Assembly: GCF_006345805.1 (NCBI RefSeq)
Contig: NC_043004.1
Coordinates: 56,854,001 to 56,918,000 of the forward strand
DNA from: Octopus sinensis
Taxonomy: Eukaryota
DNA length: 64,000 nt
Direction of reading: 5' to 3'
How positions within the stretch are numbered: the first letter of the stretch is position 1; each line of letters begins with the position of its first letter. Shown here piece after piece: positions 13,387 through 26,696 of the stretch. The translations under genes were made by a program, and so were the position numbers. A model generated the notes under the pieces. The model searched no databases. It saw nothing but the letters and a program-made list of their open reading frames with translations, and had not been told where the DNA came from.

Positions 13387-13626
13387 ATATATACACACAT
13401 ATATATATATACACACACACACATATATATATATATATAAATGGATTTTAAGCAGGTATAATTCAAATACATTTACCTCCGACATATGTTTCGGAGATTT
13501 CATTGATATTATTTATTTGAAAACAAGGAGTTACACCCTCTTTACTTGTGTGATTTTTGCTACCCTGGTAACTATTTATATATTTTTTCTGTGTTAATTG
13601 TTAACAAAGGAAAAATACACTCATCT

Positions 13627-13660
<34 letters not shown>

Positions 13661-14492
13661 GCACACTAGTACGTACACAAATCACACACATGCTTATGTA
13701 CACATGCTAAGCTCTTCCTGAATGCGTGCTAAGAGACGAAGGCTAATCAATACCGATGGAAAATCAGTTTGCAATAAAATTCAAGGCCAATTGTCATTAC
13801 TCAGTTCAAAGGGCGGATGAAGACGTGATGATTGTAATGTGCCTGGAGTCTATATTCCCAACAAAGCATATAAAATAAATTCAGAATTTGAACTGGAAAT
13901 GCTTAATTTAAACGATATGGCAACAGAGTCCCGCCCAAGGGTATTCGATAAATCAACAAGGAAGGTATGCATTGGGAAATGTAAGTCCCGGTTATGCTGA
14001 AAATAACAGAATAGTCACAGCAGCAATTATGAATGCAATAATTATGTATGTATGTATGTATGTATGTATGTATGTATGTATGTATGTATCCCTATCTATC
14101 AGTGTAAGTATTTATATAATTAACATAATATTTGCTGTTCTGTAGTTCCAGCTGCGAACCAGAGTTTGTATGTGTGAATATATATATATACATACATATA
14201 CATATTTCTTATATATGCACACATGTATCATGTGTATATATATATATGTGTGGGTGTGTGGGTGTGTCTGTGTGTGTCTGTGTCTGTGTACCTGCATGCG
14301 TGCCTGTATGAGTGCGTGCCTGCGTGTGTGTCTATATATGTATTTATATTTATGTATGCATGTACATATATGTATATTTGTGTGTATATCTCTCTATATA
14401 TACTCTTGAAATATTACACAGTAAATAATGAATATATGTATAGATTATGCAAAGCCAAATAATAATTGATCAAACACATATTTAATATTTCC

Positions 14493-14617
<125 letters not shown>

Positions 14618-15799
14618 TGTACACAAAAATGTCGTCTCTAGCCAGAACGTTTTAGGGAAAGAAACTTGTAAGTTAAATCTCATTGACGTGTATTCCTATT
14701 TAAATCACATGGCTAAAGATATCAACTGTCAAATTACTTTAGCTATATCTTCATTAGTTCGGTATGTGACAACTAATAATGATAAAGTAGATGAGAAACT
14801 CATAAATGTTATGCTTAGGTCATGTTTCTAGCTCTGATATATTTCTTTCGTTGTAATATTTGTTTTTCATGTTTTGGCTGTATATTCTATGTTCTTCTTT
14901 TATGGAGAATCTAACTATATATATCTAACGCTTTGCATGACGTGAATAATACAAGTAGCAATCTGAAATATTAGATGTTGCTCATTTACTATAAGTAGTG
15001 TCACTATAACTAAGTGAAATCTTATTTTGTAACAAGCGTTGTTTGGTGTGAGATTGTATTTCTAACTAAATATAGATGTCATTTTTCAACATACTTTCTA
15101 AATGGAAAAACGATCACAAAGTTAATGGCGAGTGATTTTGAAGAGTTATACTAATATATATGCCACCGGACATTTCAGGTATGGTATTAAAATTCATAGC
15201 TATTTGGCAATGATGATGGTGCGTGTACGTCACATAATTTGCAATTTCGATCATTCTCAGAAATTTGAAATTAATATAAATATCTACTGACATATAAACT
15301 TCGTGTTGCATTATGGTTTAGAAGTGATGTATGTTAGATTAAATCAAATCAGATACTTATTGTTATTTATCCAGCTGATAAGAGTGCAATGCTAAGTCGA
15401 TGATTTAATAGCTGAACTGTTAAAACCCACAAAACCAAAAATTCTTACCGAGTGTTGTATTAAGTTAAGCATCACTGGTATCTCTGTATAATGATAAAGA
15501 GGCACATAATCTAATGAGATTATGTGTCTTTGAACAACAAATCCGATGAGTCGCCTCTATTAAAAACAGTAATAATAGACTTGAAATCAATGGTAGCTTT
15601 CTGACTGGCCATAACCAACGACTAGATAAAAATATTACTACTCAGAAAAACATTTTAGAGTGCTTTTTTCGGACTTATGAACATCTGACCGTTTTTCCAC
15701 GATCCTCGGTCGCAGGATATGTTGCAATAGGCTACCGTGTGGTTTGAGCTTTACAAATGCTGCATCGTCTGTGCCCATGTACGTGCATGGAATTATACG

Positions 15800-16920
15800 A
15801 TGTTAGTAACTCAACGAAAATTATACGCACACCATCAATCGAACGAACTATGTAGATACGAGTTAAGAAGATTGTCGACATTATAAGGTGCATGAGATGA
15901 GAGACATACTTCTATGACCAAGCTATATAATCGTCTGGGGCAAAAAGGTACACTTGAAATCCCGATGTTCCTCATCCAAAACCAAAGACCTTGAAGCCTT
16001 CGAAACAAACCTACAGGGCGTAATCACCAAATTGAGATTCCGTAAGTTCTCCAACCTTATCCAGCGCAAGGTTTCTTCTGATATATGACTACTAAATATA
16101 CAGATATGGTTTTACTGATCTCTGATAAAAAAAAAATGAGTAAATCAATAAACAAAACATGCAAAGTAGACGCCTGCACATATGATAGGCTGTTAGATAA
16201 TATCATCACACAAAGTTAATGACGGGTTTCTCTGCACACATACAATAGTGTAAGTAACGGGCCCGATCAGTTAACCAGCAATCTAGGGATACCCTATAGG
16301 TTTGAGTCGTTAGCGAAGAGAAATGCTTGTATCAACATTAAAAGATCACAAATGGAACTTCGCTTCCAACGCCAAATGCTAATTGATTTATCACCAAAAT
16401 TAGAAATCCGGCTGATTAGCATATTGTGAGAAAGATCAACGATGACATAAAGATAACATCCAGTCTCTCCTTATAGCGTAATTCCCATGGATTTAAGGTA
16501 AACCAGGGTAGAGGCAGGGCCAGGTTCTCCTAATTCAATATAGTAGATTTTTAACTGTTTATATCGATCGGGTTACTAGTTGAGGTACTTATGTTCGCTA
16601 GTAAATTTGCTGACGTTAGTGATATGGATATAAAAGTAATAACGCAGGCTAGAAAAATCATGCAGTTTAATAAAGGTTCGGCCTGTGTTACACAAACAAA
16701 CCCGGCGGGCTCCTTGAACATGGCAATTGGAGAATTCAACAACACGTATATCCGCAATCTCATAGTATGATTTATACTGGTCACCATAAAGGAGATTTCC
16801 CCGCCACTCTTGTAGCCATCTCTAGCGGTGCAAATGGGCAAACCATAAATAAACTTAGGAAGCACCTAATTCACACACTTAATCCACTTGGTTCTACGAT
16901 TACAATCGATACCAATATTG
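15800..16920 (+). pseudogene. Penelope-like RT relic (Naiad-like by motif recollection)
   Basis: Hand translation: [111 protein letters not shown]. It has many stops and is cut by (TA)n at about 16920. Confidence 0.8.
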
Positions 16921-16939
16921 CTATATATGTGTATATATA

Positions 16940-16995
<56 letters not shown>

Positions 16996-17232
16996 GTGTG
17001 TGTGTATATATAATATATATATGTATATATATATATGTGTATATATATATGTGTGTAATATATATATATATGTATATATGTATATATATATATGTGTGTA
17101 TATATATATATATGTGTGTGTGTATATATATATATATGTGTGTATATATATATTGTGTGTGTGTATATATATATGTATATGTGTATATATATGTATATAT
17201 ATATATGTGTATATGTATTATATATATATGTG

Positions 17233-17267
<35 letters not shown>

Positions 17268-17271
17268 GGTG

Positions 17272-17304
<33 letters not shown>

Positions 17305-17520
17305 ATATATATATTGTGTGTATATGTATATATGTATATATGTATATATGTATATATAATATATATGTATATATATATATATTGTATATATATATATATA
17401 TGTATATATGATATATATATATATTGTGTGTATATGTATATATGTATATATGTATATATATGTATATATGTATATATATATATATGTATATATGTATATA
17501 TATATATATATATATATACG
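16920..17520. repeat. Compound (TA)n/(TG)n microsatellite
   Basis: Direct inspection. Confidence 0.97.
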
Positions 17521-17572
17521 TTTAAATATTTGTTGTGCAAGATTTTTTATGTGAAGTCGTGTGTTGAAACAG

Positions 17573-17654
17573 ATATTGTTATATTTCGGAATGGTCATAT
17601 TGCCAGTTTAGCCAATTGGCTAAACTGGCAATATGACCATTCCGAAATATAACA

Positions 17655-17658
<4 letters not shown>
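17573..17658. repeat. Perfect spacerless 86-bp palindrome
   Basis: Two 43-bp arms centred on ccaa|ttgg (17615/17616) with no mismatch seen. Confidence 0.95.
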
Positions 17659-17685
<27 letters not shown>

Positions 17686-17692
17686 TTATATA

Positions 17693-17759
<67 letters not shown>

Positions 17760-18719
17760 ATATATATATATATATATATGTATATGCATTCAAACATTCC
17801 CGCACACGCATGCATATACGCATGTATACTTAAGGTCATTACGTGAATGTGAACATAGTTTTCCGTTGATATCCTTCATATTCTAAGTCATTTTCTCTCT
17901 AACGTGTATGACCAAATTGATTTTCACAATCACTAGTTCATCCAGAGGGATGGATTCCAAATTGTTTAGACCGTTATTTCGTCACTGTTTTGCTTCTGGT
18001 ATCTGTGAATTTCTTTTTAGATTTCCCTTTATTATCATGTTCCCCCTCGATTTTCACTTGTATATACCTATATTTGCGTTTGCTTGTATGCGCATGTGTG
18101 TATTTGAGTGTTTGTATGTCCTTGCGTTTTGTAGCGTTCTCTGTGTGTGTGTGTGTATGTGTGTGTGTGTCTGTGTGTGCCTGCGTGCACATTTGCAAGC
18201 GTTGGGAAAGTGATGTACTTTTTTACGCCAAGTAACTTCACAGATGCCATTTATGAATGTATGTATATTTCTCTGATACCACTGTATTATATAGAGTGTT
18301 AACTTGAAAACAGCTGAATGTTTTAAACTGTTACTGACAATTTGTATTTTGTTTTGTATTTTTCAGGTAACAATACTTCATATTTGGTTTGCGTCTTCGA
18401 AAATACAGTGCTGTTTTTATATGTCAGGTATTTATTGATAGTAATGAAACAATAACGTTCGTTTTGACTTTGATATCTTGATTACATTGTTGCTGATAAT
18501 TGCAAAACACGTATTGTGGGCATAAAATGGTGGATCATCAAAATAAAGTTTGAGCGATACTATCTCTGTACCCCATGTAATCTAGATTCTCTTGTATGAT
18601 GAAATTCAGTTACATAGCAAAAAGCTATCTATATTGTGGTAGTAAACTAGAGCGTAATCATCTAACGTGACATGAGTATATTTGAGAGATTTGTATGGTG
18701 TTCCGTTTCCGTCGCATAT

Positions 18720-19690
18720 GACATAGTTAGAATGACATAGTTAGAAGGGTGGTTCAATGAGGCAGGATTCTCGTCTCAACTAGAACTAGCAGGTCTCGAT
18801 CGCGGGGAAGGTAAGCGTCCCCACAGGGTTATACTCTACCCATACGAGGAAGGCAGATTCTTAGTGTGGAACGCGACGTGTAACTACGCATTTACCGCCT
18901 CCAATTTTGCTATATCGGATGGAAACCCAGGTATCGAGCTCGTAACGCAGAGGAGAGAAATATCAATAAATGCAGGTGTCAAACTGGTCACTATCACATT
19001 ATTTACATTATTTACAATTGATGGATATTTGTCCTCATCTTGTTTGTTGTTAACACAACTTTTCGGCTGATATAGCTTCCAGCTTTCATTAGGTGTCTTG
19101 GGGAATTTTCGAACCTGCGTTCTCATTCCTAAGGTATTTCTCGGTGTTGTTGTTGTTGTTGTTGTTGTCGTTGTTGTTGTTATTCAAGTCACTGACTAGA
19201 ATCGCACTCGGATTGTTGGGTGTTATAACCTGCACCCTTAACCATTACGCCATATGGTTAAGAACGCGAGTTACTAACCCCAAGATTCGGAGTTCGATTC
19301 CAGGCAGTGACCTGAATAATAATAATAATAATAATAACAACAACAACAAAATCGAAAATACCTTAGTAATGACACCTGATGAGGGCTGGCGTGTATATCA
19401 ACCGAAACGTGATGAGGACAAATATCCGTCAATTGTAAATAATGTAAATAATGTACACAATTCCTCATCCCTTAAATATAGAAGTGTAGTCACTATCAGT
19501 TTGTGCTCGAGGCCGAGGAAACATCAGATATTCTCGAACCCCGTACTACCGATTTCCTTAACAAAGTCAGAATAATGGAGGCCCGTCGGTGAAATAAGCC
19601 CGGTGTGCTGGAATTATTGCTGCAACTAGTAGCATTGCTTATTCTCGGTCGCCAAGTCCGTCGCAGTCATTACCGTGAGGCACGGCTGAC
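18720..19690 (+). pseudogene. CRE-like RLE endonuclease relic, split by an insertion at 18997-19488
   Basis: EAGFSSQLELAGLDRGEGKRPHRVILYPYEEGRFLVWNATC..NINKCRCQTGHY, resuming after the insertion as HYQFVLEAEETSDILEPRTTDFLNKV. Confidence 0.8.
18997..19488. mobile_element. Head-to-head dimer of a tRNA-headed, hammerhead-bearing element with 10-bp TSD
   Basis: TSD gtcactatca at 18987-18996 and 19489-19498. Each arm has a tRNA-like head, an (AAC/AAT)n run and a PLE-type tail with an HHR motif (19052-19097 minus, 19371-19411 plus). Confidence 0.8.
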
Positions 19691-19743
19691 GACACCACCC
19701 TTTGTTCCGGGGTATACATCTCCTGCTTTAGCCTCTTTTCCTG

Positions 19744-20092
19744 TTTTTACCTTTTACATCCTTGCTTTCTGATTCTATTGAAATGTCACGTGATCACGTG
19801 ACCGAGCAGACCATCAGATGTTGCTACACATCGCTGGTCACAATGCATTCGCATTGTTTTAGCCTTCGAATGACGCCACCCCGCTGGCTAAGCGAGCAGG
19901 CCAACAGAAGAAAGAGTGAGAGGAGGAGCGGTGAAAGAGTACAGCAGGGTTCACCACCCCCTGCCGGAGCCTCGTGGAGCTTTTTAGGTGTTTTCGCTCA
20001 ATAAACACACACAGCGCCCGGTCTGGGAATCGAAACCGCGATCCTACGACCGCGAGTTCGCTGCCCTAACCACTGGGCCATTGCGCCTCCAC
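19744..20092 (-). mobile_element. tRNA-derived SINE
   Basis: Minus-strand head ggcgcaatggcccagtggttagggcagcgaactcgcggtcgtaggatcgcggtttcgattcccagacc, followed by a non-tRNA body and gtaaaa tail. Confidence 0.88.
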
Positions 20093-21236
20093 GTATTGAA
20101 ATGTAGCAATTTAAAATGAGATCTGTTGTATAATTGACTGCAGAAATGAACATTAAACCATTCCTAAAGAAATTTAAGGAACCACTAGTCTCCTCTTACA
20201 CTCCATTATATTTTCTTGTCAATACTGCACTTATAATTGTATGTAAACTTCTTTGAATTTTACAAGAAGATTTGAATTACAAGATAATACTACTTACAAA
20301 TCTATATACTTGAGTATCAGGACTGTAACGGAAGAAAATGACAGTAAATTGTTTATAAATATGATTTATAAATAGTTACTACTATTTTCGTTCCATGAAC
20401 AACTATGCATCATTTAAAAAAATGTTTTCTTAATCTGATGTCAATACTGAAGATACACGAGGCCCTTATTGGAGGTTATACAAATAAATATAAATGGAAG
20501 ATACATAAGAAGCATATAATTCTTTTGACGTTTTCATATTTCTTATGCGATGAACCATAACAGTAAGAAATGGTCGTTCGTTTTAGTGCTAAATCGATTA
20601 AAGATTTTGGACAAGGCACACTGCATAATAATACAATATTGTATAGCAAAATCTTTTGTTTCCACACAATGGAACGTTTTCGAAATAAAAATAACGAAGC
20701 AATCTTTGTTCCAACGTCAGGGGCTAACATAAGTTTTAAGTGACTGGTAAAGTATACTTTGAAGAAAATATTGATTGATTCGTTATTACCATTCGATTTG
20801 AATCTCTGAAATTTTCCATCTGTTTTGTAGAGAATGTATTGGGAGAGAAAATATAACATACTTATATTTATATTTCATACGCCGCTATGGAAATATTAGT
20901 ATTTTGTGGTTGTAACACTTGTTTCATTTATACCTAGATGTAAACACACACACATACATAGACACACATATTATTCTGTATTTATTTATGTATGTATGTG
21001 TGTTTATATATATGTATGTGTGTTTATATATATATAGGACCGCTAATATCACGGTCCTATCCTTTCATCTATACAATACAAATGTATATGTATACTTATG
21101 TATAGATGAAAGATAGAATCGTGATAATAGCGAGATATCGGAATTGACTAAGCATCGAAGATCGTGTATCGAGTACTTTTATTCTCATTTTTTTCAAACA
21201 AGTTCAAGACACACAGTCCCACATACATATGCGCAG

Positions 21237-21237
<1 letters not shown>

Positions 21238-21326
<89 letters not shown>

Positions 21327-21339
21327 GTCTGTCTGTCTA

Positions 21340-21385
<46 letters not shown>

Positions 21386-21414
21386 CGTCCGTCCGTCCGT
21401 CCGTCCGTCCGTCC

Positions 21415-21477
<63 letters not shown>

Positions 21478-21505
21478 CGTCCGTCCGTCTGTCTGTCTGT
21501 CTATA
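21238..21505. repeat. Compound tetranucleotide (CTAT)n-(CTGT)n-(CCGT)n
   Basis: Direct inspection. It explains the LSIY/QTDR ORFs. Confidence 0.97.
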
Positions 21506-22430
21506 TGTTTGCACACAACCCCCCCCCACATATATATGTATATATATATATATATGTATGATTCCTATACTTTTATATGTTTATATAACTTTATATATTT
21601 ACATGAGTCTACATTACTTTCATTTTATATATTTGTATTTTTTTTCACCATTCACATATAGGCTGCCCATCTTCTATATGAAAAATCAATATTTTCCTAA
21701 AAACATATAATGTAGGTTTGCGTCTTGTCGTTACAGATTGATTTTTATATTTTGCTTGTCTTTCCACACCTATTCCTCACCAAGAGTTGCATCTTTACTT
21801 TATATCTCATTATACAAAAATCTGTCTATATCTAAAGGAGTCGTGTGAAGAACAGAAGCAAAAGGAAGTAAACTCAGGTCAGGAAATATCAAAACAAATC
21901 TATTATTTCGAAGACAAAAAGACGCCACAAGGTGGTTTCATAAAAAAAGCACGTAGATAAAAAACAAAAAAAAAATGATAACTGACACGAAATGGTAGCA
22001 TAGATGAGAAGTCAAAACGGAACAAGGTAGATGCAGTAGATGCAGTAAAGGAAGTAAATATGACAAAGCATATAACTGGAGAAAGGAGGATAGGTAAATG
22101 CAAGAAAATACATTTCGATACTATATACATAAGAAGTATGAAGATATCCATATCTTTCTTACCTTTTTTTTCTTTTACTTGTTTCAGTTGTTTACTTGCG
22201 GCCGTGCAGGTGCACCGCCTTGAACGGTTTTAGTCGAACAGGACTTATTTTCTTTAAAACATAGTACATATTCTATCTGTCCCAACAGCCGAACAGCTAG
22301 GTTAAGTGTACGTAAATACAGAAACTCCAGTTGCTAAGCGGTTGTAGGGGACGAACACAGTGGCAAAGACACACACATAGATATAAGCATATATATATAC
22401 ATATATGTGGTGTGGGTGTGTGTGTGTGTG

Positions 22431-22471
<41 letters not shown>

Positions 22472-22528
22472 CATAATATAGGGAATAATAATTAACAGAA
22501 TCAATAGGAGAATCCAAATAGTAAATAT

Positions 22529-22862
22529 TATATAATTATTAAGACAAACCACTATTATGCAAATCAAACAAAGAAAGACTTAATCCAATACATAAAAAAT
22601 TCATATAAATTAAATAAAATTAAGTTATCCACTACAATTTTTCTTGTCACTTCTAAGGACATTCATCAGGTGGTTTCAGACCTTCCTTCAAATTGAATAG
22701 AAGGTCTGAAAACAACCTGATGAATGTCCTTAGAAGTGACAAGAAACAATTGTAGTGGATAACTTAATTTTATTTAATTTATATGAATTTTTTATGTATT
22801 GGATTAAGTCTTTCTTTGTTTGATTTGCATAATAGTGGTTTTGTCTCTAATTAATATTATAT
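22529..22862. mobile_element. Fold-back element of two head-to-head HHR-bearing PLE-type ends
   Basis: About 160-bp near-perfect arms and a ~13-nt loop. Each arm carries CTGATGA..GAAA..AATTGTA-GTGG. Confidence 0.85.
22713..22758 (+). ncRNA. Minimal type I hammerhead motif (right arm)
   Basis: CAAC-CTGATGA-A-TGTC-cttagaagt-GACA-A-GAAAC-AATT-GTA|GTGG. The core is intact, but the stem II base is A.A and stem I has one mismatch. Confidence 0.7.
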
Positions 22863-22875
22863 ATATATATATATC

Positions 22876-22939
<64 letters not shown>

Positions 22940-23822
22940 GACGGTCTCCTTTCAGTTTCCGTCTATTTAATCCACTCACGAGGATTTGCTAAGTCTGAAG
23001 CTATAGTAGAAGACACTTACCTAAGTTGTCACACAGTGGGACAGAACCCGGAACAATGTGGTTGGGGAGAATTGCCATACACCTATACCCATGCGTATAC
23101 GTACATATTTTAAACTTCTATCCAACAGAAAATGTGCTGTTATTATTCAATTTACAGTATGAACGGAGTAGTAGAATGGAGGAAAGAAATTATTCGTAAA
23201 TCCGACATGTTGTCCCAGTGCTGACACCAGAGAGAACTTTACAAATAAAAAAAACAAACAATGTAGCAGGCTGTGGGGTAAAATTGAGCCACAGGTGGAG
23301 TCTATCACGCGAGGAAGATCATGAAGTGATATGATCTTGAGACACAAAAAACAGAAAAGTAGCGCAAGCATCCGGTTCTCTATTCTCACTGTTCCGTCAA
23401 CTGCCGTCCTTGCACGCTTATTTTATTGTTGATCCCCAAAGGACTAAAGACAAAATTGACTTGAAAGGTACCTGAACTCCGCGGGCAGAGAATCACAACA
23501 GGTACCATGTAGTATTCTATTCAGTTCTATAATAATTTATACAATTCGCAGCGTACACGTGTAAGTAGCGTTGTATGCAAACCTCTCTCTATCATGTTCC
23601 CTCTCTTAAACTCTTGCACTCTGTATTGTGTGTGTGAGTGTGTGCACGCGTTCGTTCGTGCGTCCGTCTGTCTTTTGACTCACTAGGCTACAGTTATGGT
23701 GGGTCACCGCTTTCAACAGCTCAGAGGAACAAATCGACTGCAGCACTTATTTTTATAATCGGGTATTTATGTTGCCTTTTACTGAACCGTAACTGTTATA
23801 TGTAGGTGTGTGTGTGTGTATG

Positions 23823-23874
<52 letters not shown>

Positions 23875-23935
23875 TGTATGTATGTATGTATATATGTATG
23901 TATGTATGTATATATGTATGTAATAATAATAATAA

Positions 23936-24660
23936 GGGTAAAATTAATTAATTAATTAGTAATTAATAATTTTACCAAGCAGTGTTCAGTATGTAAAAGG
24001 ACCATTTAACGGTAAATTTAAACATTATTTTATATAATAGGGTTCAGCCCAAAAATTGCTTTACCACACATCGAACTTTTAGAAATAGCAGCCAAAGAAT
24101 TAAGCCATTTCTTCTACTTTAAGAAAAGTCTCCCAGACAATGTATACTCGAAAACATTACACGTCGGTATAGATAGGAAACAGTATCATTAGTACTTCTT
24201 GGTTTCTACTCATGAAAATGAGTGAAACTTTTCGCTAGAGGATTCAGGGTCAGGTGCAGTTATATTCTGCATTTTTTCAATTTAGGCCTCTCAAAATTGG
24301 GGAACGCCTGGGATGTGTGAAATTATGTTATACGCGCTTATCTACCACAGATGATGATGATGATGATGATATACACTCTTCTTTTATATATATACTTACA
24401 TATCTGTATATATATATATATATCAATAATATAGGGTGAAATTAATTAATTAATTTAGAAATAATCATTAATTTCACCAAGTAGAGTTCGGTATGTAAAA
24501 GACACATTCAAGGAAGGTTTAAGTAATACTAATTGATTAAGGGTTCAGCAACTATTTGCCTCACCACATACCGGATTTAGAAATAGCAGTCAAAAAGTTT
24601 TGGCTATTCTTTCTACTTAAAAGGGATCGCCCTTTTAAGTAGAAAGAATAGCCTTTCTTC
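23936..24660. mobile_element. Two diverged pLTR-type fragments related to 4711-5993, ending in a short hairpin (24603-24654)
   Basis: Shared ggg(t/c)(a/g)aaattaatta..ccaag..gttc(a/g)gtatg and tagaaatagcag motifs. Confidence 0.65.
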
Positions 24661-25383
24661 CCATATGTTGTATATTTGCCGTTTGCATGGCAAACTGCCA
24701 TCACTTCTCAACCCTACGAACATGTTGAAACAAATATATTTCCTTACAAAACATCACGCACATGCTTGGATTTTGTTGGATTTGAAGCAACATGTTTTCA
24801 CAAGCTGTTTCCCCCATAATGATTTTGCGCTATTCTTCGTTTCCGTTACTTTTTCTTCCCTCGTTTCAAATTGTCTGAATAAGTTTTTTTTCCACATGAG
24901 AGAACATTGCTTTATAAATATCCCTTCACCAATTTGGCCATTAAAGTTACTCTCCTCCCACATTTTTACCCTTTTACAACTCCAAATATTTGTAAATATA
25001 CACAGTTTATAGATATGAGCTATCAACAGAATCGTACCAGCTTAGATAATTTTCAGTAGTATCCAAACCTTGTTTTGGGTATGCCCCTAATATTGTGCGT
25101 TGAGAGTACGTGTACCATATACAGTTTGATTTGTTGCATTATTTATCTACCGCTCCCCGAATACATACCAAACAACCTGCCTCATTAATGGATTTGTGAA
25201 CTATTATAAATGCAGTCAGCATATAAAAACCATCCTTCCATACTCAGTAGAGAAATATACATTTTATAACACTCTAACGTATTATGTAATTTGCTGATGT
25301 TTCTTCTGCACTGCCTTTGAAAGCATGCGAAACAACATTGAACAGAAAAAATCCACGAAATAAAACTTCATTGCTGTGAATCT

Positions 25384-26110
25384 CAGGGTTTCCCGGTGAT
25401 CCAGCACGGGTTATGGATATTACACAAGCACTCTTTTTCTACACTGCTCCTTCCCCTATTCTTGACAAACTAGATCGACAACTAAATATACTAATATCCT
25501 TGACTGAGGATATTACATCTTACTTCTATTTTAAATCTGTCTCACTTCTCCCTCTCTGATGACGTGTACTCAATTTATGGAATTTAGATTAAACGTCTTT
25601 TTCCTTTGATGGCAAACAGTTCGTTTTTCATTTTCCTTTAATATATATAAACATGTGTGTGTGTGTGAGAGAGAGAGTATTTGTGTGTATAAGAATGCGA
25701 CGAACGGTGCGCGCCCCCGGGAAAAATGTAACGTGTCAGACAAGCTATGATACGGAGTCCGAATTGCTCTGCTCGGTATCATTCCAATAAACTTGGCATC
25801 GGTAATCGATCGATAAGGCGTATTTTGCATGAAAACCTGCATTTCCACCCATACAATTTCGTCATTGGGCAACAGATTAATCCATGAGAATATGCACAGA
25901 TTAATGCTGGAGAGTGTGGTGGCTAACTCCCAAAAAGCCTTCAGAAAATGCACCAAATGAAAACGGTCACGTGATGGATGTTGTTTCTCACTCTTGATAT
26001 TGAAAAGTGCTAATTCAATACTAACACATTGATATTAATAACATTTGTTTGCAGCTAAAATTAATGATTTTGTGAACTTTTCAAAAACGTCCAGCCTCTC
26101 CGCCCGACTG
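25384..26110 (+). mobile_element. Internally deleted Tc1/mariner-superfamily element
   Basis: Translation at about 25730-25900, RVRQAMIRSPNCSARYHSNKLGIGNRSIRRILHENLHFHPY (HTH region), is fused to C-terminal MLESVVANSQK..NGHVMDV. The ends are degenerate. Confidence 0.7.
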
Positions 26111-26245
26111 TGTGTGTATAATATTATTATATATATATATATTATATATATATATATAATAAAACGATAAGATCGTTATTTAAAATACCTTTCTTATCAG
26201 GTCACCAGCATGGGAACAAAAAACCTCAGAGGTCATAATTATTAT

Positions 26246-26660
26246 TAGAATTATAATTACGAGTATCTAAGAGATACCACCATGCTAGATATAGCAGCCA
26301 AAACCTGACTTTCGAACCACATCAAATGTAGATACAGCACCAGGAGAGAAGGCAGAGAGACACACACAGACGCACACAGACACACATAGACACACATACT
26401 CATATATATATATATATATATATATATTTATGTATTTATGTGGCATCTACGTATATTCCACTGATGAAGGCAAAACATTTTTATGCAGAGCCAGTAATAC
26501 ACACGATCTGGAATTATCCAGTAATTTTTTTGCTAGGTTGTTTTGTCTCTTTGTCTTCTCTTCTGGTGCTGTATGAACATTTAATGTGATTTTAGAGTCA
26601 AGTTTTGGCTGCTATATCTAGCATGGTGGTATCTCTTAGCTACCCTTAATTATAATTATA
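26246..26660. mobile_element. Inverted PLE-type ends with a decayed HHR (26455-26514)
   Basis: 26246-26360 and 26545-26660 are inverted copies. Motif: ATTCCA-CTGATGA-AGGC..GCC-aGTAAT..ATC|TGGAAT. Confidence 0.6.
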
Positions 26661-26696
26661 TATGCATACATACACATATATATATACATACATATA

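Larger units (their letters stand above)
22165..23090 (-). mobile_element. OK-like SINE split by an insertion in its internal microsatellite
   Basis: Head half at 22938-23090 and tail half at 22165-22385, with the HHR palindrome between them. Confidence 0.7.

Noticed and set aside
13885-13964. Possible coding exon FELEMLNLNDMATESRPRVFDKSTRK
   Set aside because: The acceptor lacks a pyrimidine tract and no homology was recognised, so support is insufficient.
18800-18820. Strong-looking donor AAG|GTAAGC
   Set aside because: It lies inside the CRE-like endonuclease frame (GEGKRP), so it is probably coincidental.
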